Below are positions 19,604 to 29,803 of a DNA stretch of 64,000 nucleotides, in pieces. The stretch spans positions 576,001 to 640,000 of the forward strand of contig JBGASG010000002.1 of the NCBI GenBank assembly GCA_044229845.1. Reading direction: 5' to 3'. The notes beneath the pieces were generated by a model. It was not told where the DNA came from. It saw nothing but the letters and a program-made list of their open reading frames with translations, and made no database searches. The stretch comes from Candidatus Obscuribacteraceae bacterium (lineage in GTDB: Bacteria; Cyanobacteriota; Vampirovibrionia; Obscuribacterales; Obscuribacteraceae). The translations under genes were made by a program, and so were the position numbers. Each line of letters opens with the position of its first letter. Within the stretch, counting starts at the first letter, position 1.

Positions 19604-20911
19604 TTACTGTTTCTTGAAGTGAATCAGTTTGTTCTCGGAATCGATGGAATAAGTATACTCCCCAAAAAACTGCTGTCCGAGCAAGGGGCGATCCATATGG
19701 GTGTCTTCGATGGCGGAGACCCAGGGCGAGTACTGAGTAATCGGACCCATTTTGATGCTGTCGACCTGAAAACCGTAACCCATGGTATCCCCGCCGACGC
19801 CACTGTGACGTTCTTTCCGGTAATCGGAAGGAATATCGATATTGAGTTTCTTCAAATGCGACATGGCGAAGGCGCAAACGCCACCAGCCCCGGTATCAAA
19901 GATCATTTCACAGGGCTTGTTGTTGACGAATGCATTGACGATCATGTGCCCGCCGCTCCAGCGAAACGGCACGGCATAAGGATCGCGCGATGCCGACGCA
20001 GAACTGGTTGCTCCGCCGGCGCCTTTCTTTTTCAAAACCAACTGCGAGTTTTGCGTATCGACCGTCACCGAGTAGGGCGCGAAAAACGTCTGTCCAAGCA
20101 AGCCTTCACAGGGCAAGTTGTCTTGAATGACGACCGGAAAATTTTTCCTGTACAAGCCGCCCACTTTCAGGTCGCAGGCTTGCGACCAGGTATTGCTGAC
20201 GCGGCTGCCCACACCGGCTGATTTCCCTTCGATGCCTTTGGCGGCTGGGCGTGAGATACCCAGTTGGGCCATGTGATTTTCGCCGACCACCGTCATTGGT
20301 GCACCGGTGTCCACGATCATTTCCAGCACCTGGTTGTTGATCAGCACATTGACTTTGATACCGTCGCGATCTTTGACAAAGGGAATTCTGACGTCGGTGG
20401 GTAATGAAGCCACTTCGGCCGCCGAAGTCGTATTCTTCAGCCAGCGCTCGGTATTGAAGCCGCGACTGCGACCGTCATCGCCTGCGTCATTGTCATTGTC
20501 ATCACCACCACCCGCTTGTTGCTGTCCCGTCGGCGCCACATAAGTACCGGCAGGATACTGACCGCCGGTGCCGGCCGCGCCGGGAGTGCGCGCCAGTACA
20601 GATCGCGCCAGTTGTCCTTGCTGAGTCGAACCAAAGTTGTCGCTCAGATATTGGAAGAGCTGCCGCGCGCGAGCACCGTTATTGCTCATGTAGTGGGAAA
20701 GTGCGCAGTAGTAAAGAACATTCGGATTGCTCGGTTGTGTCTGTAGAGCTTTCTCGAATTGCTGAGCCGCGCCGCGGTAATTTTTAGCCGAATACAGCTT
20801 GACGCCGGCATCGAAGACCGGATCGGCAAAAGACGGCGAGCCGCCCAACCAGATTGCCAGTGCCAACCCCAAAGCAGTCACCCAGCTTGTGTTTCGCGAA
20901 ACGGAACGCAT
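19604..20911 (-). CDS. secreted TPR protein with two retropepsin-like aspartyl protease domains
   Basis: Signal peptide; TPR; IVDTGA...LLGQTF and IFDTGA...LLGQQF. Confidence 0.85.
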   Translation of the reverse strand: MRSVSRNTSWVTALGLALAIWLGGSPSFADPVFDAGVKLYSAKNYRGAAQQFEKALQTQPSNPNVLYYCALSHYMSNNGARARQLFQYLSDNFGSTQQGQLARSVLARTPGAAGTGGQYPAGTYVAPTGQQQAGGGDDNDNDAGDDGRSRGFNTERWLKNTTSAAEVASLPTDVRIPFVKDRDGIKVNVLINNQVLEMIVDTGAPMTVVGENHMAQLGISRPAAKGIEGKSAGVGSRVSNTWSQACDLKVGGLYRKNFPVVIQDNLPCEGLLGQTFFAPYSVTVDTQNSQLVLKKKGAGGATSSASASRDPYAVPFRWSGGHMIVNAFVNNKPCEMIFDTGAGGVCAFAMSHLKKLNIDIPSDYRKERHSGVGGDTMGYGFQVDSIKMGPITQYSPWVSAIEDTHMDRPLLGQQFFGEYTYSIDSENKLIHFKKQ

Positions 20912-21089
20912 GTGCGAAAGACCTCGTTATTTCAACCCGCATAAAATATGCGCTGTAAGAGCCTATTCTAAACCTCTAAAAGGCTAAGAATACCGTGTTT
21001 TTTACGTTCCACCCCGGGCAGTAAAGTGCCACCGTATCTGGTGCTGAACGCGGTGAGAGTTTCGTCACGAAAATTCTACCGTCCAAAAG

Positions 21090-21118
21090 AAAAAAGCCCG
21101 GCAGTGCCGAGCTTTTTT
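21090..21118 (-). terminator. intrinsic terminator after HU gene
   Basis: aaaaaagcccggcagtgccgagctttttt hairpin with A/T tracts on both sides. Confidence 0.7.
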
Positions 21119-21138
21119 TCGTATGACTAGCCGAGCGC

Positions 21139-21555
21139 TTACTTGCGACGTTTCGCAGGTTTCTTCTTGGCTGCAGGCTTACGCGCAGGAGCCGACTTCT
21201 TAGCCGCAGGCTTCGAAGAACCGGACGAGCGTTTCGGGCCTTCAGTGATCGATTTCGAAAGTGGGGCCAATCTTGAGCGTCCATCAACGATGGATTTCAA
21301 TTCCGCACCCGGACGGAACGCGGGAACGCGTGCCGCTTGGATGGTGATCTTCTTGCGAGGATCTTGCGGATTGACGCCTACGCGTGCTCTGCGATTACGA
21401 CGTTCGAACGTGCCGAAACCGACCAACATAACACGATCGCCTTTGCTCATAGCACCGGTTACGGTGTGCAAAATTGCGTTCAGCGTGTCATGCACGGCTT
21501 GTTTCGTTTGTCCTGTCGACTTCGCGACTTCATCCACTAGCTCTGCTCTGTTCAT
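21139..21555 (-). CDS. hup: HU family DNA-binding protein with Lys/Ala/Pro-rich C-terminal tail
   Basis: MNRAELV, GFGTF, R.GVNPQ, VPAFRPG; tail KPAAKKSAPARKPAAKKKPAKRRK. Confidence 0.92.
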   Translation of the reverse strand: MNRAELVDEVAKSTGQTKQAVHDTLNAILHTVTGAMSKGDRVMLVGFGTFERRNRRARVGVNPQDPRKKITIQAARVPAFRPGAELKSIVDGRSRLAPLSKSITEGPKRSSGSSKPAAKKSAPARKPAAKKKPAKRRK

Positions 21556-21672
21556 ATTTCCTCCACACAGCACACCAGGATTGGGTTTCCTTGAAACCTT
21601 GCGAATAGTATCACCGCGTTTTTCTCAGCGCAAGTAGTAGGAGAATGCATATATCATTATTCTGGAACGCAA

Positions 21673-23115
21673 ATGAATCACTCGCACGACACCATCGCAG
21701 CAGTCTCAACAGCGCCAGGAGTGGGCGCGATCGCGATCGTGCGCTTCTCCGGATCGCAATCGCTCGAGATCGCGCTCGAGATTTTTGCACAGACCGCCGA
21801 TCACGCGCAAACCCGCGCCCGTCAGCATTTAAAGCCTGAGGACGAGATTCAGATTAAATCGCATCATGCGACTCACGGTTTTATCTTCGACCCCGACACC
21901 GGCGAAGTCCTTGATGAAGTCGTGCTCACAGCCTATTGTGCGCCCCGAACATATACAGGAGATGATCTGATCGAAATCGCCTGCCACGGCAGTCCGCTCA
22001 TTGCGCAATCTATCCTGAGCCTCATTCTGCGCCGCGGGGCGAGGCTTGCAAGAAACGGTGAGTTCACCGAGCGAGCTTTTTTGAACGGACGAATTGATCT
22101 CACGCAAGCCGAGGCCGTGCTCGATTTGATCCAGGCGAAAACGGCAAGGCAGGGGCGTGCGGCGATTTCGGCATTGACCGGACATCTTGGCGAGCAGATC
22201 AGTCACGTGCGTGCGGAATTGCTCGCATTGCTCACTCGTATCGTTGCCGGTCTGGATTTTCCAGAAGAGATAGGAGACGCTCCAGAACCGGAAGTCGACG
22301 AAGTTGTCAGCAGAAACAAATCAAAACTGGCGGCACTTGCGAGCACCGCCCGCAGTGGAAAGTTTTTGCGCGAAGGATTGAAGCTCGCGATCGTCGGTCG
22401 CCCGAACGCGGGCAAATCAAGCCTGCTCAACCAGCTTTTGAAATTCGAACGCGCCATCGTCACGGACATTCCAGGAACGACTCGCGATTCACTGGAAGAA
22501 CTTCTCGATTTAAATGGCGTGCCGGTGATTCTCATAGATACAGCAGGCATCAGGCTTACAGAAGACAAGGTTGAAAAGATAGGAATCGAGCGCAGCAAAC
22601 GCGCCATCGCGGAAGCCGATCTGGTGGTCTTCGTTGTCGACCTCGAAACAGGTTGGGGCGATGCGGAAGTCGAAATCGAAAAGCTGCTCAGCCGCGATGC
22701 AAAGCCCTTTTTGTTGGTAGGCAACAAAATCGATTTGCTCAACGGCGATCTATCTAAATGGACCGACATAGAAAAAGAACACGCTTGCGATCTGGTCGGA
22801 CTGGCCGCGAAGGTGGCGATTTCCGCGAAGAACGGACAGAATATGGCAGCGCTGACTTCGGCTGTCGAAAGCTGGGTGTTCGCGGATAATGCGCGTCGAG
22901 AGGGGCCTTCGCTGAACAGCCGTCAGGCTGACCTCTGCATCAGAGCGATGAGTGCACTTTCGCTGGTCGAACAAACGCTTGCGGCCGGGTACCCTCAAGA
23001 TTGCCTGGCCACTGATCTGAAAACAGCCGTGGATGCGCTCTCTGAGATCTCGGGCGAATCAGTGACCGAGGAAGTGATCACCGAGGTCTTTGCCACCTTC
23101 TGCATTGGAAAGTAA
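21673..23115 (+). CDS. mnmE: tRNA modification GTPase MnmE
   Basis: DTIAA, GEFTERAFLNG, GRPNAGKSS, PGTTRD, DTAG, NKID, ends FCIGK. Confidence 0.97.
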   Translation: MNHSHDTIAAVSTAPGVGAIAIVRFSGSQSLEIALEIFAQTADHAQTRARQHLKPEDEIQIKSHHATHGFIFDPDTGEVLDEVVLTAYCAPRTYTGDDLIEIACHGSPLIAQSILSLILRRGARLARNGEFTERAFLNGRIDLTQAEAVLDLIQAKTARQGRAAISALTGHLGEQISHVRAELLALLTRIVAGLDFPEEIGDAPEPEVDEVVSRNKSKLAALASTARSGKFLREGLKLAIVGRPNAGKSSLLNQLLKFERAIVTDIPGTTRDSLEELLDLNGVPVILIDTAGIRLTEDKVEKIGIERSKRAIAEADLVVFVVDLETGWGDAEVEIEKLLSRDAKPFLLVGNKIDLLNGDLSKWTDIEKEHACDLVGLAAKVAISAKNGQNMAALTSAVESWVFADNARREGPSLNSRQADLCIRAMSALSLVEQTLAAGYPQDCLATDLKTAVDALSEISGESVTEEVITEVFATFCIGK

Positions 23116-23118
23116 GTC

Positions 23119-23661
23119 ATGGCGATTTTGAAGTCGGAAGAAACTCAGTGCCCCACGTCCCTGGAATTGACCTTCGTCAGAGAACGGTCCGGCGCCGACG
23201 CCGTTCATGCGGCTGCGTTGGCCGCGCAAACAGGGGCCGGTGCAGTGATGCCCCTGGCGGGGACCGCGCAGGTTAAGGGCGCCGACGACCAGACCTGGGC
23301 GTACGTGGCGTTCAATCTGGTGAGCGGGGGCAATCGGCTGACGACGCCGGAGGGCGCCGATTTTGTCTTGTGCCGCCGGCCTGCCGACGAAGTGGCTAAG
23401 CTTGCCGATCTATTAGATCAGTTTGCTGCGAAAAAAATCGAACGCGTTCTTTTCGAGCCCTCTGAGCCGTCGTTCGAAATTTCGGTGGAGCGCACGGCGC
23501 GCGGCGGAATCAAAGTGGAAGCGTGGCTCGATGCCGGCAATGCTACGACCGCCATCTACACCTGGGACGCTGCCGGAATTCGTTTTTACACAACAGACGA
23601 GCATGTAGTATCGTTCACTCGGGAGCTCAGATCTGAATTTCAGATCGCACCGGCACCCTGA
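23119..23661 (+). CDS. hypothetical protein
   Basis: ORF 3 bp after mnmE; protein-like composition. Confidence 0.65.
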   Translation: MAILKSEETQCPTSLELTFVRERSGADAVHAAALAAQTGAGAVMPLAGTAQVKGADDQTWAYVAFNLVSGGNRLTTPEGADFVLCRRPADEVAKLADLLDQFAAKKIERVLFEPSEPSFEISVERTARGGIKVEAWLDAGNATTAIYTWDAAGIRFYTTDEHVVSFTRELRSEFQIAPAP

Positions 23662-23686
23662 ACGCCCCACCCGAAAAGAGACGGAA

Positions 23687-24046
23687 ATGGAAAGTACGCT
23701 CGACCTGTCGAAAATCGAACTGCACGCTGGTTTGTATGCGGAGCAAAGCGGCTTCCACGAACTGCGGGAAAGACTGGAATCCGAGGGCTTCACGGTTTTC
23801 GTCTGGCAGGACTCGCCGGGCACGTCCTATCAGAATTTGACCAAACCAACCGACGAGCTGATTGTGGTGTCGCAGGGCCGCATCGTCATCACCGTCGGCG
23901 ACATGGAATATGGGCTTTCGGCGGGCGATGCCCTGACCATGCCCGCCAACACCATGCACAACGCCCAAAACGTCGACCATATGGCGTGCTGCTATTTCAT
24001 CTGCACGAAAGGGGGCGACGCCCCAATTATGAAGCGCCCCGAATAG
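23687..24046 (+). CDS. cupin domain protein
   Basis: W.DSPG..Y, E..VVSQG.I, L..GD.L.MPANTMH. Confidence 0.75.
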   Translation: MESTLDLSKIELHAGLYAEQSGFHELRERLESEGFTVFVWQDSPGTSYQNLTKPTDELIVVSQGRIVITVGDMEYGLSAGDALTMPANTMHNAQNVDHMACCYFICTKGGDAPIMKRPE

Positions 24047-24188
24047 CCACACCTGGGCGGGTTTGCGCCTGCCTACGTAGAACCAACATTGACCTGGTCA
24101 TCGAAATATCCGACGATGCAGTGGTTTAACGCGGAAAAGCCGCAACCGCAGGCACCTGCGTCCCAATTGGCACCGAGACTAGGTTCAC

Positions 24189-25220
24189 ATGACTGGCGAA
24201 TTTGGATTAGGCTCAGACAGCTACAACTCAGAAGTAACCCGCACAGGCGGTCCCGGTACCTCCTACCTGGACCAATACCTGAGCTCCCCGGGCAGCAATG
24301 GTGAAGGCATCACGGACCCGCGTTTTTCAAACGACGGTCGTGGCATCGTGACCACCGGGCAAGCACCGGGCACCGACTATGTGGCACAGTCCACCCAGCG
24401 CTGGGAAGTCCAGCAAAACCGCAATGGGTTGGGCGGTAGCGCCCTCGAACTGCGTTACGGCGACCCCGACTTCCAGGCAAAACTGGCGGGCAGCCGCGCT
24501 GAGACCCTGAAAATTACAGGCTTGCCGACCAACGTCGGAATCTCCGAGTGGGCGGACGACAAAGGTTTCTTCATCTGGTTTGCAGACGGGCAGGCGCAAC
24601 ACCAGCGCATGTACCTGCCATCCAGTTTCAAGAACATCGAGGTTAACGGCTACAAGCAGAACGTCGATGAACTGAAGCTAATGACCGCCGATTCGATGAT
24701 GGCGGAATCCAAAGGCACGAAGGGGCAACCGGGCTTCTACAGCTTCAGCGGACGCACCAGCCCTCTGGACTACGGCAAGAAACTTGCCGGAATCGCCGGA
24801 CAGTCGCTGGCGGCGGAAGAGAAATTCCTGCGCGACGGCATCGCCGCGTCGCCTAACAATCCTTATTTCCACATCTACTTATCAGATGTGCTGCTGGCTA
24901 AAGCGATTCAGCCCGTGCTGCAGCAACTGCAAAGCAATCAACCGCTGCAGACCAACAATCCGCAGACTCTCGCCCTGATCGACGAGTCGATCAAAGAGGC
25001 AAAGCTCGCCCAGCAATACGCCGCGCAAGGCGGCAACCTGCGTGTGGTCGACACCCAAAGATCACCGCTCATGAGCCCATTTGGGTTGAACCCCTACTTC
25101 TATAACCCCGACATGTATTGGGGTGGCGCGCTCTATCAGTCGTGGCAACGCGAAGTTTCGCTGACCATGATGAAGGGACTGATTCAATCTGGATTACTCG
25201 ACAAGCTCGAATTGCCATAA
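24189..25220 (+). CDS. hypothetical protein with a C-terminal TPR-like segment
   Basis: 343-aa ORF; GIAASPNNPYFHIYLSDV is TPR-like. Confidence 0.7.
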   Translation: MTGEFGLGSDSYNSEVTRTGGPGTSYLDQYLSSPGSNGEGITDPRFSNDGRGIVTTGQAPGTDYVAQSTQRWEVQQNRNGLGGSALELRYGDPDFQAKLAGSRAETLKITGLPTNVGISEWADDKGFFIWFADGQAQHQRMYLPSSFKNIEVNGYKQNVDELKLMTADSMMAESKGTKGQPGFYSFSGRTSPLDYGKKLAGIAGQSLAAEEKFLRDGIAASPNNPYFHIYLSDVLLAKAIQPVLQQLQSNQPLQTNNPQTLALIDESIKEAKLAQQYAAQGGNLRVVDTQRSPLMSPFGLNPYFYNPDMYWGGALYQSWQREVSLTMMKGLIQSGLLDKLELP

Positions 25221-25301
25221 ACGCGCGACCTCCTGAGAACTACAACGGCTCCGCCAGTCGGGTTTGCTATGATCAAGCCAGTTCAAGGCGAGACGGTTTA
25301 A

Positions 25302-26486
25302 GTGAAGTCGCTGAGCATACTGGGATCTACCGGCTCGATCGGCAGGCAAACGTTGGACATTGTGCGTGCGCATGTCCATTCCGGACAGCTGCGCGTCGTC
25401 GCACTGGCCGCCGGCGAAAATAGCCTGCCCCTGCTCGCCGAGCAAATCAAGCAGTTTCGTCCTGAGATGGTCTGTCTGCCCAGTGCCGCTTCTCTGGAGA
25501 AACTCAAGGAAGCCTGCGGCATCGATTCGAAATCGACGGAATTTGTCTTTGGCGCCGAGGGGTTGGAACAGGTGGCAGCGCACCCGAACACGGACATCGT
25601 CGTCTCGGGCGTTGTGGGATTCCTGGGCGTCAAACCGACCGCCGCCGCCATCCGCGCCGGCAAGACAATCGCGCTCGCCAACAAAGAGACCCTGGTTGCG
25701 GCCGGCGCCGCCATCATGCCCATGGTCAATAAGTACGGCGCCCGCATAATTCCTGTCGACAGCGAGCACTCGGCCATCTATCAATCACTCACCGGATATG
25801 GTGCCCGCGATCTGAGATCAATTTGGCTCACCGCATCTGGTGGCCCCTTCCGCACCTGGACGCGCGAAGCGATCAGCAATGCCACCGTGGACGATGCGCT
25901 CAAGCATCCCAACTGGTCCATGGGACAGAAGATCACCATCGACTCCGCAACCCTGATGAATAAAGGGTTGGAGATCATCGAAGCGCGCTGGCTGTTTGAT
26001 GTTTCTGCCGAGAAGATCAAAGTGATCATTCATCCGCAATCTATATTGCATTCGGCTGTCGAATTCGTGGATGGATCGGTCGTCGGGCAGATGGGTATTC
26101 CCGATATGCACCTGCCGATTCACTATGCGCTTTTCTGGCCGGAGCGGACCGAGGGCAAAGCCGGCGTGATTCCGCCGCTCGACTTAGTCAAGCTGGGGAC
26201 TCTTACTTTCGAAGAGCCGGATACCGAGCGTTTCCCTTGCCTGGCGCTTGCACAAGAGGCCGCAAGACATGACGACACCCGCCCCTGTGTTTTAAACGCA
26301 GCCAATGAAGTGATAGTCGAAGCTGTATTGAAGCGCCGGCTACGGTTTGCGGACATACCCCGATATGTGGAAAAAGTCTTGGATCTTCACCAACCCATTA
26401 CCGATCCCACTCTTGACGATATACTTGAGTGCGATTCATGGGCAAGAACGGCGGCAGCCGACCAAATTGGAGCACTAGCGAAATGA
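25302..26486 (+). CDS. dxr: 1-deoxy-D-xylulose-5-phosphate reductoisomerase
   Basis: LGSTGSIG, LANKE, PVDSEHSAI, TASGGPF, HPNWSMGQKITIDSATLMNKGLE. Confidence 0.98.
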   Translation: MKSLSILGSTGSIGRQTLDIVRAHVHSGQLRVVALAAGENSLPLLAEQIKQFRPEMVCLPSAASLEKLKEACGIDSKSTEFVFGAEGLEQVAAHPNTDIVVSGVVGFLGVKPTAAAIRAGKTIALANKETLVAAGAAIMPMVNKYGARIIPVDSEHSAIYQSLTGYGARDLRSIWLTASGGPFRTWTREAISNATVDDALKHPNWSMGQKITIDSATLMNKGLEIIEARWLFDVSAEKIKVIIHPQSILHSAVEFVDGSVVGQMGIPDMHLPIHYALFWPERTEGKAGVIPPLDLVKLGTLTFEEPDTERFPCLALAQEAARHDDTRPCVLNAANEVIVEAVLKRRLRFADIPRYVEKVLDLHQPITDPTLDDILECDSWARTAAADQIGALAK

Positions 26487-27130
26487 CATCCGGAACGAAA
26501 ATGACAAACGTAACCGTGATCGACCATCCCCTCGCGCAGCAACAGCTGACACGTCTGCGTGACTACCAGACACCGACCAGCGAGTTTCGCCGGCGCGCGC
26601 TCCTGTTGAGCAGTTTCCTCGCCTACGAAGCGATGCGCGACCTGACGGCTCGCGAAGCCGGAGTGGAAACGCCGCTTGGACCAGCCAAAGGCACGGTCAT
26701 CGGCGACTATGTCGTGGTCGCACCGATCCTGCGCGCCGGACTGATTCTGGCGGAAGCCGCTCAAGAAATCATGCCGCCCACCGCCCGCGTCTATCATGTC
26801 GGGCTGCGCCGCGACGAAGAAACGCTGCAAGCGATTTCCTATTACAACAAGCTGCCCGATACCCTGCCGGCCGACGCCAAGGTCTTCGTGCTCGACCCGA
26901 TGCTGGCTACCGGCGGTTCCGCCGTCGCTGCTATCCAACTTTTCGCCAAGCTGGGCGTCACCCAGGTGCACCTGGTTTCCTTCCTGGCAGCGCCGGAAGG
27001 CATCAAGCACGTGGTGAAGAATTTCCCCAACATCAAGATCACGACGGCTGCCGTCGACGATCACCTCAACGAGCACGGTTACATCGTGCCCGGTCTGGGT
27101 GATGCGGGCGACCGCATCTTTGGGACATAA
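26483..27130 (+). CDS. upp: uracil phosphoribosyltransferase
   Basis: DHPL, PILRAG, LDPMLATGGS, YIVPGLGDAGDRIFGT; ATGA overlap with dxr. Confidence 0.97.
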   Translation: MTSGTKMTNVTVIDHPLAQQQLTRLRDYQTPTSEFRRRALLLSSFLAYEAMRDLTAREAGVETPLGPAKGTVIGDYVVVAPILRAGLILAEAAQEIMPPTARVYHVGLRRDEETLQAISYYNKLPDTLPADAKVFVLDPMLATGGSAVAAIQLFAKLGVTQVHLVSFLAAPEGIKHVVKNFPNIKITTAAVDDHLNEHGYIVPGLGDAGDRIFGT

Positions 27131-27250
27131 TCAAACTGTTGCCTGACCGCCTAATTTGTCGATGGCAAGCGTAGACACTCTACTCAAAGCAAATCGGCAA
27201 GAACGAAATCAGTCTAAGTCCATATCTCAACACGACCACAAGGAGCGTTT

Positions 27251-29644
27251 ATGAGAAGGGCAGTTGCCTGCTTTGTCACACTCGTATTGTTGCTGTCGAC
27301 GGGTGCAATCAGTTCGCCCGCTTACGCGCAAAGATCGCTGGCGGCACCGCTGTGCCAGAGCGGCAGCAAAGCGTATAACGAGGGCAACTATCGAGAAGCT
27401 CTACGCATCTTCCAGGAAGTGGTGACCATGCAGGGGCTCACGGCGGCCGAAGAAGCGACGCTTTTGCAGAGCATCGGCGAGTGTCAAAGATCGCTTGGAC
27501 AGTTGAAAGAGGCTGAAGCGAGCCTCAAAAAGTCGCTGGTCGCAATGGACAAGCTGCCGGCAAAACAACGTGACTATCTGAGTGTATTCAACTCAATCGC
27601 TCTGGTGGATCAAAGTCTTGGTCGATTCACAGAAGCCGAAGCGATGTGGAAGCAAGCCGAACAAAACGGCAAAGCTAACTCCATGCCCATGGCACTTGTC
27701 TATAACGGACTGGCGCGCCACTACGGATTGTGGGGCAAAAACGCGGAGGAGGATGATTACCTGACGCGCGCCGGCAAGTTGGCGCTCAAGTTTCCTGACA
27801 CGCTCGCTAAACCCTACTTTTTGCTCAATGCCGGGCAGTATCTGGAAGAGCGCGGCAAGTATGCGAAAGCCGAGGAGACGTACAAGAGCGGCATCGAAGC
27901 CTGCACGAAACAGCGCGGTCCGAATCACTTCTATAACGGATTCCTCTGGACCGACATGGCGGAACTCTATCGCAAGGAAGGCAAGTACAAAGAAGCCGAG
28001 GAAGCACTGCAACATGCCAAAGCAATTTTTGAAGCACAGGGATTTTCAGATCATCCGGAGTTGTTGCAAACGCTGATTCGTCTTGCTGAATTAAAACGGG
28101 ATCAGGGTAAATATGTCGAAGCCCGCAAGTTGGTGGAATCGTCATTGCAGGCTGCGCAAAGAACATTCGGCGGCGACGACAATCAATACGTCGCCAAAGC
28201 TAAAGACTGCCTCGGCACCATCTACCGCGAAGACGGACGATATGACGATGCGAAGAAACTGTTTGAGGAGTCGTTGCAGAATTATCGAAACATGTTCGGA
28301 AGAGATACGGTGGCATCAGCTGAAACCATCCGTCACCTCGGATTTGTGCAGGAAGATCTGGGCAATTACACGGAAGCGGAGTCGCTGCTCAAAGAGTCCG
28401 AGAGGATTATAGAAACCATAGCCGGTCCAGAACATCCAGCCCGCTCGAAAGCGGCAATGGCACTTGGGCACCTTTATATTCACCAGGGCAATTACGAACA
28501 AGCGGAGCCGCTTCTCAAGAAAGCTCTGGCGTCAACAGAAAAGACGCTCGGCGCAGATAACGTCATCACCGCATCTGGTGCACACGAATTAGGTGATTTG
28601 TACTCCAAGCAAAGTAAGTATGCCGACGCTCAACCTTATCTGGAGAAAGCGCTGTCCATCGACGAAAAGATTTACGGCGACAAGGCACCGCAGGTAGCGG
28701 CCGACTTGACCGCGCTGGCGACCGCTCTGGGCGCATTGGGACAAGCGGACAAGGCGTCGGACCTGTTGAAGCGCGCCGCCGATATCAAAAACGTATTGCC
28801 TGGCGGCAGGACTGATGAACTGGCGGTTCCGCAAATTCTGGTTGGTTCGAACAGCGATCGCCCGGTGAGGGATAAGTGGGCACTGGTCATTGGCATCAGC
28901 AACTTCAAAGACTCGTCGATCAATTTGAAATATGCAGCCAAGGATGCCACTGACTTCAAAAACTTCCTGGTCAACAAAGGACATTTTAGGAACGATCATG
29001 TGAAACTGTTGACCGACGAACAGGCAACACAGGCCAACATTCTGTCCATGCTGGGCGAGGGCTGGTTGCACACGCACGTCAAGAAAGACGACCTGGTGGT
29101 TGTGTACATCTCAAGTCACGGCAGCACGGCGAGTAAGGATTCTGACGGCGATAACTATGTCGTCGCGCATGACACCAACAAAAATAGTTTGATAGCAACG
29201 GGCATCCGCATTCAAACATTGTCGAAGATGATTGCGCAGCAGGTCGATTCAGACAGGGTAATCGTCATTCTCGATGTGTGCCACAGCGGCGCAGCCATCG
29301 AGGGACAGAAAGGACTGACGCGGACGGGCGGAGTCGACGCCACCGCGATCAATGTCGGCGCCGGGCGGATGGTTATGTGTTCGAGCATGTCGAATCAAGT
29401 TTCGTGGGAATCGAAAAACTACGACAACAGCGTGTTCACGCGCCGACTGATCGAGGCATTGCAAGCCGATGCAACCGGCACGAAGATGCTGGATGCATAT
29501 AAGAGATTGCGTGTGTCGGTGGAGTCGGAAGTGCTGCGCGATCGCGGAAACTTGCAGACCCCCGTGCTGGTCAACAAAGCCTGGGAAGGCGGCGACATCT
29601 CAATCGGCGTCGTGCCGACAGCGCAGAAAGAAGCAAGTAATTAG
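27251..29644 (+). CDS. secreted TPR-repeat protein with C-terminal caspase (peptidase C14) domain
   Basis: Signal peptide, many TPRs, KWALVIGIS, YAAKDA, YISSHG, ILDVCHSG. Confidence 0.9.
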   Translation: MRRAVACFVTLVLLLSTGAISSPAYAQRSLAAPLCQSGSKAYNEGNYREALRIFQEVVTMQGLTAAEEATLLQSIGECQRSLGQLKEAEASLKKSLVAMDKLPAKQRDYLSVFNSIALVDQSLGRFTEAEAMWKQAEQNGKANSMPMALVYNGLARHYGLWGKNAEEDDYLTRAGKLALKFPDTLAKPYFLLNAGQYLEERGKYAKAEETYKSGIEACTKQRGPNHFYNGFLWTDMAELYRKEGKYKEAEEALQHAKAIFEAQGFSDHPELLQTLIRLAELKRDQGKYVEARKLVESSLQAAQRTFGGDDNQYVAKAKDCLGTIYREDGRYDDAKKLFEESLQNYRNMFGRDTVASAETIRHLGFVQEDLGNYTEAESLLKESERIIETIAGPEHPARSKAAMALGHLYIHQGNYEQAEPLLKKALASTEKTLGADNVITASGAHELGDLYSKQSKYADAQPYLEKALSIDEKIYGDKAPQVAADLTALATALGALGQADKASDLLKRAADIKNVLPGGRTDELAVPQILVGSNSDRPVRDKWALVIGISNFKDSSINLKYAAKDATDFKNFLVNKGHFRNDHVKLLTDEQATQANILSMLGEGWLHTHVKKDDLVVVYISSHGSTASKDSDGDNYVVAHDTNKNSLIATGIRIQTLSKMIAQQVDSDRVIVILDVCHSGAAIEGQKGLTRTGGVDATAINVGAGRMVMCSSMSNQVSWESKNYDNSVFTRRLIEALQADATGTKMLDAYKRLRVSVESEVLRDRGNLQTPVLVNKAWEGGDISIGVVPTAQKEASN

Positions 29645-29801
29645 GTCTCTTGTCGGCTCTGCCTTCGGGATTATCCTTCGACGCGGCAACATGGTGTCCT
29701 TTGATGTCCATGGCACTGGTCAGTTTCTTCACGACCTTGCCGCTGGTTTTTCTTTGCCACGTTTCCCACTCGACCTTATCGCCTTTCTTGAAGTTTGCCA
29801 T
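29571..29801 (-). pseudogene. DUF2945/HVA1-like small protein with apparently replaced C-terminus
   Basis: FKKGDKVEW...SGKVVKKLT...KGH.VAASKDNPE matches the family; the rest diverges and overlaps the caspase stop. Confidence 0.55.
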
Positions 29802-29803
29802 CG

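Noticed and set aside
23119..23661. WapI-like immunity protein
   Set aside because: Only a weak FEPSEPSF resemblance and no adjacent toxin gene
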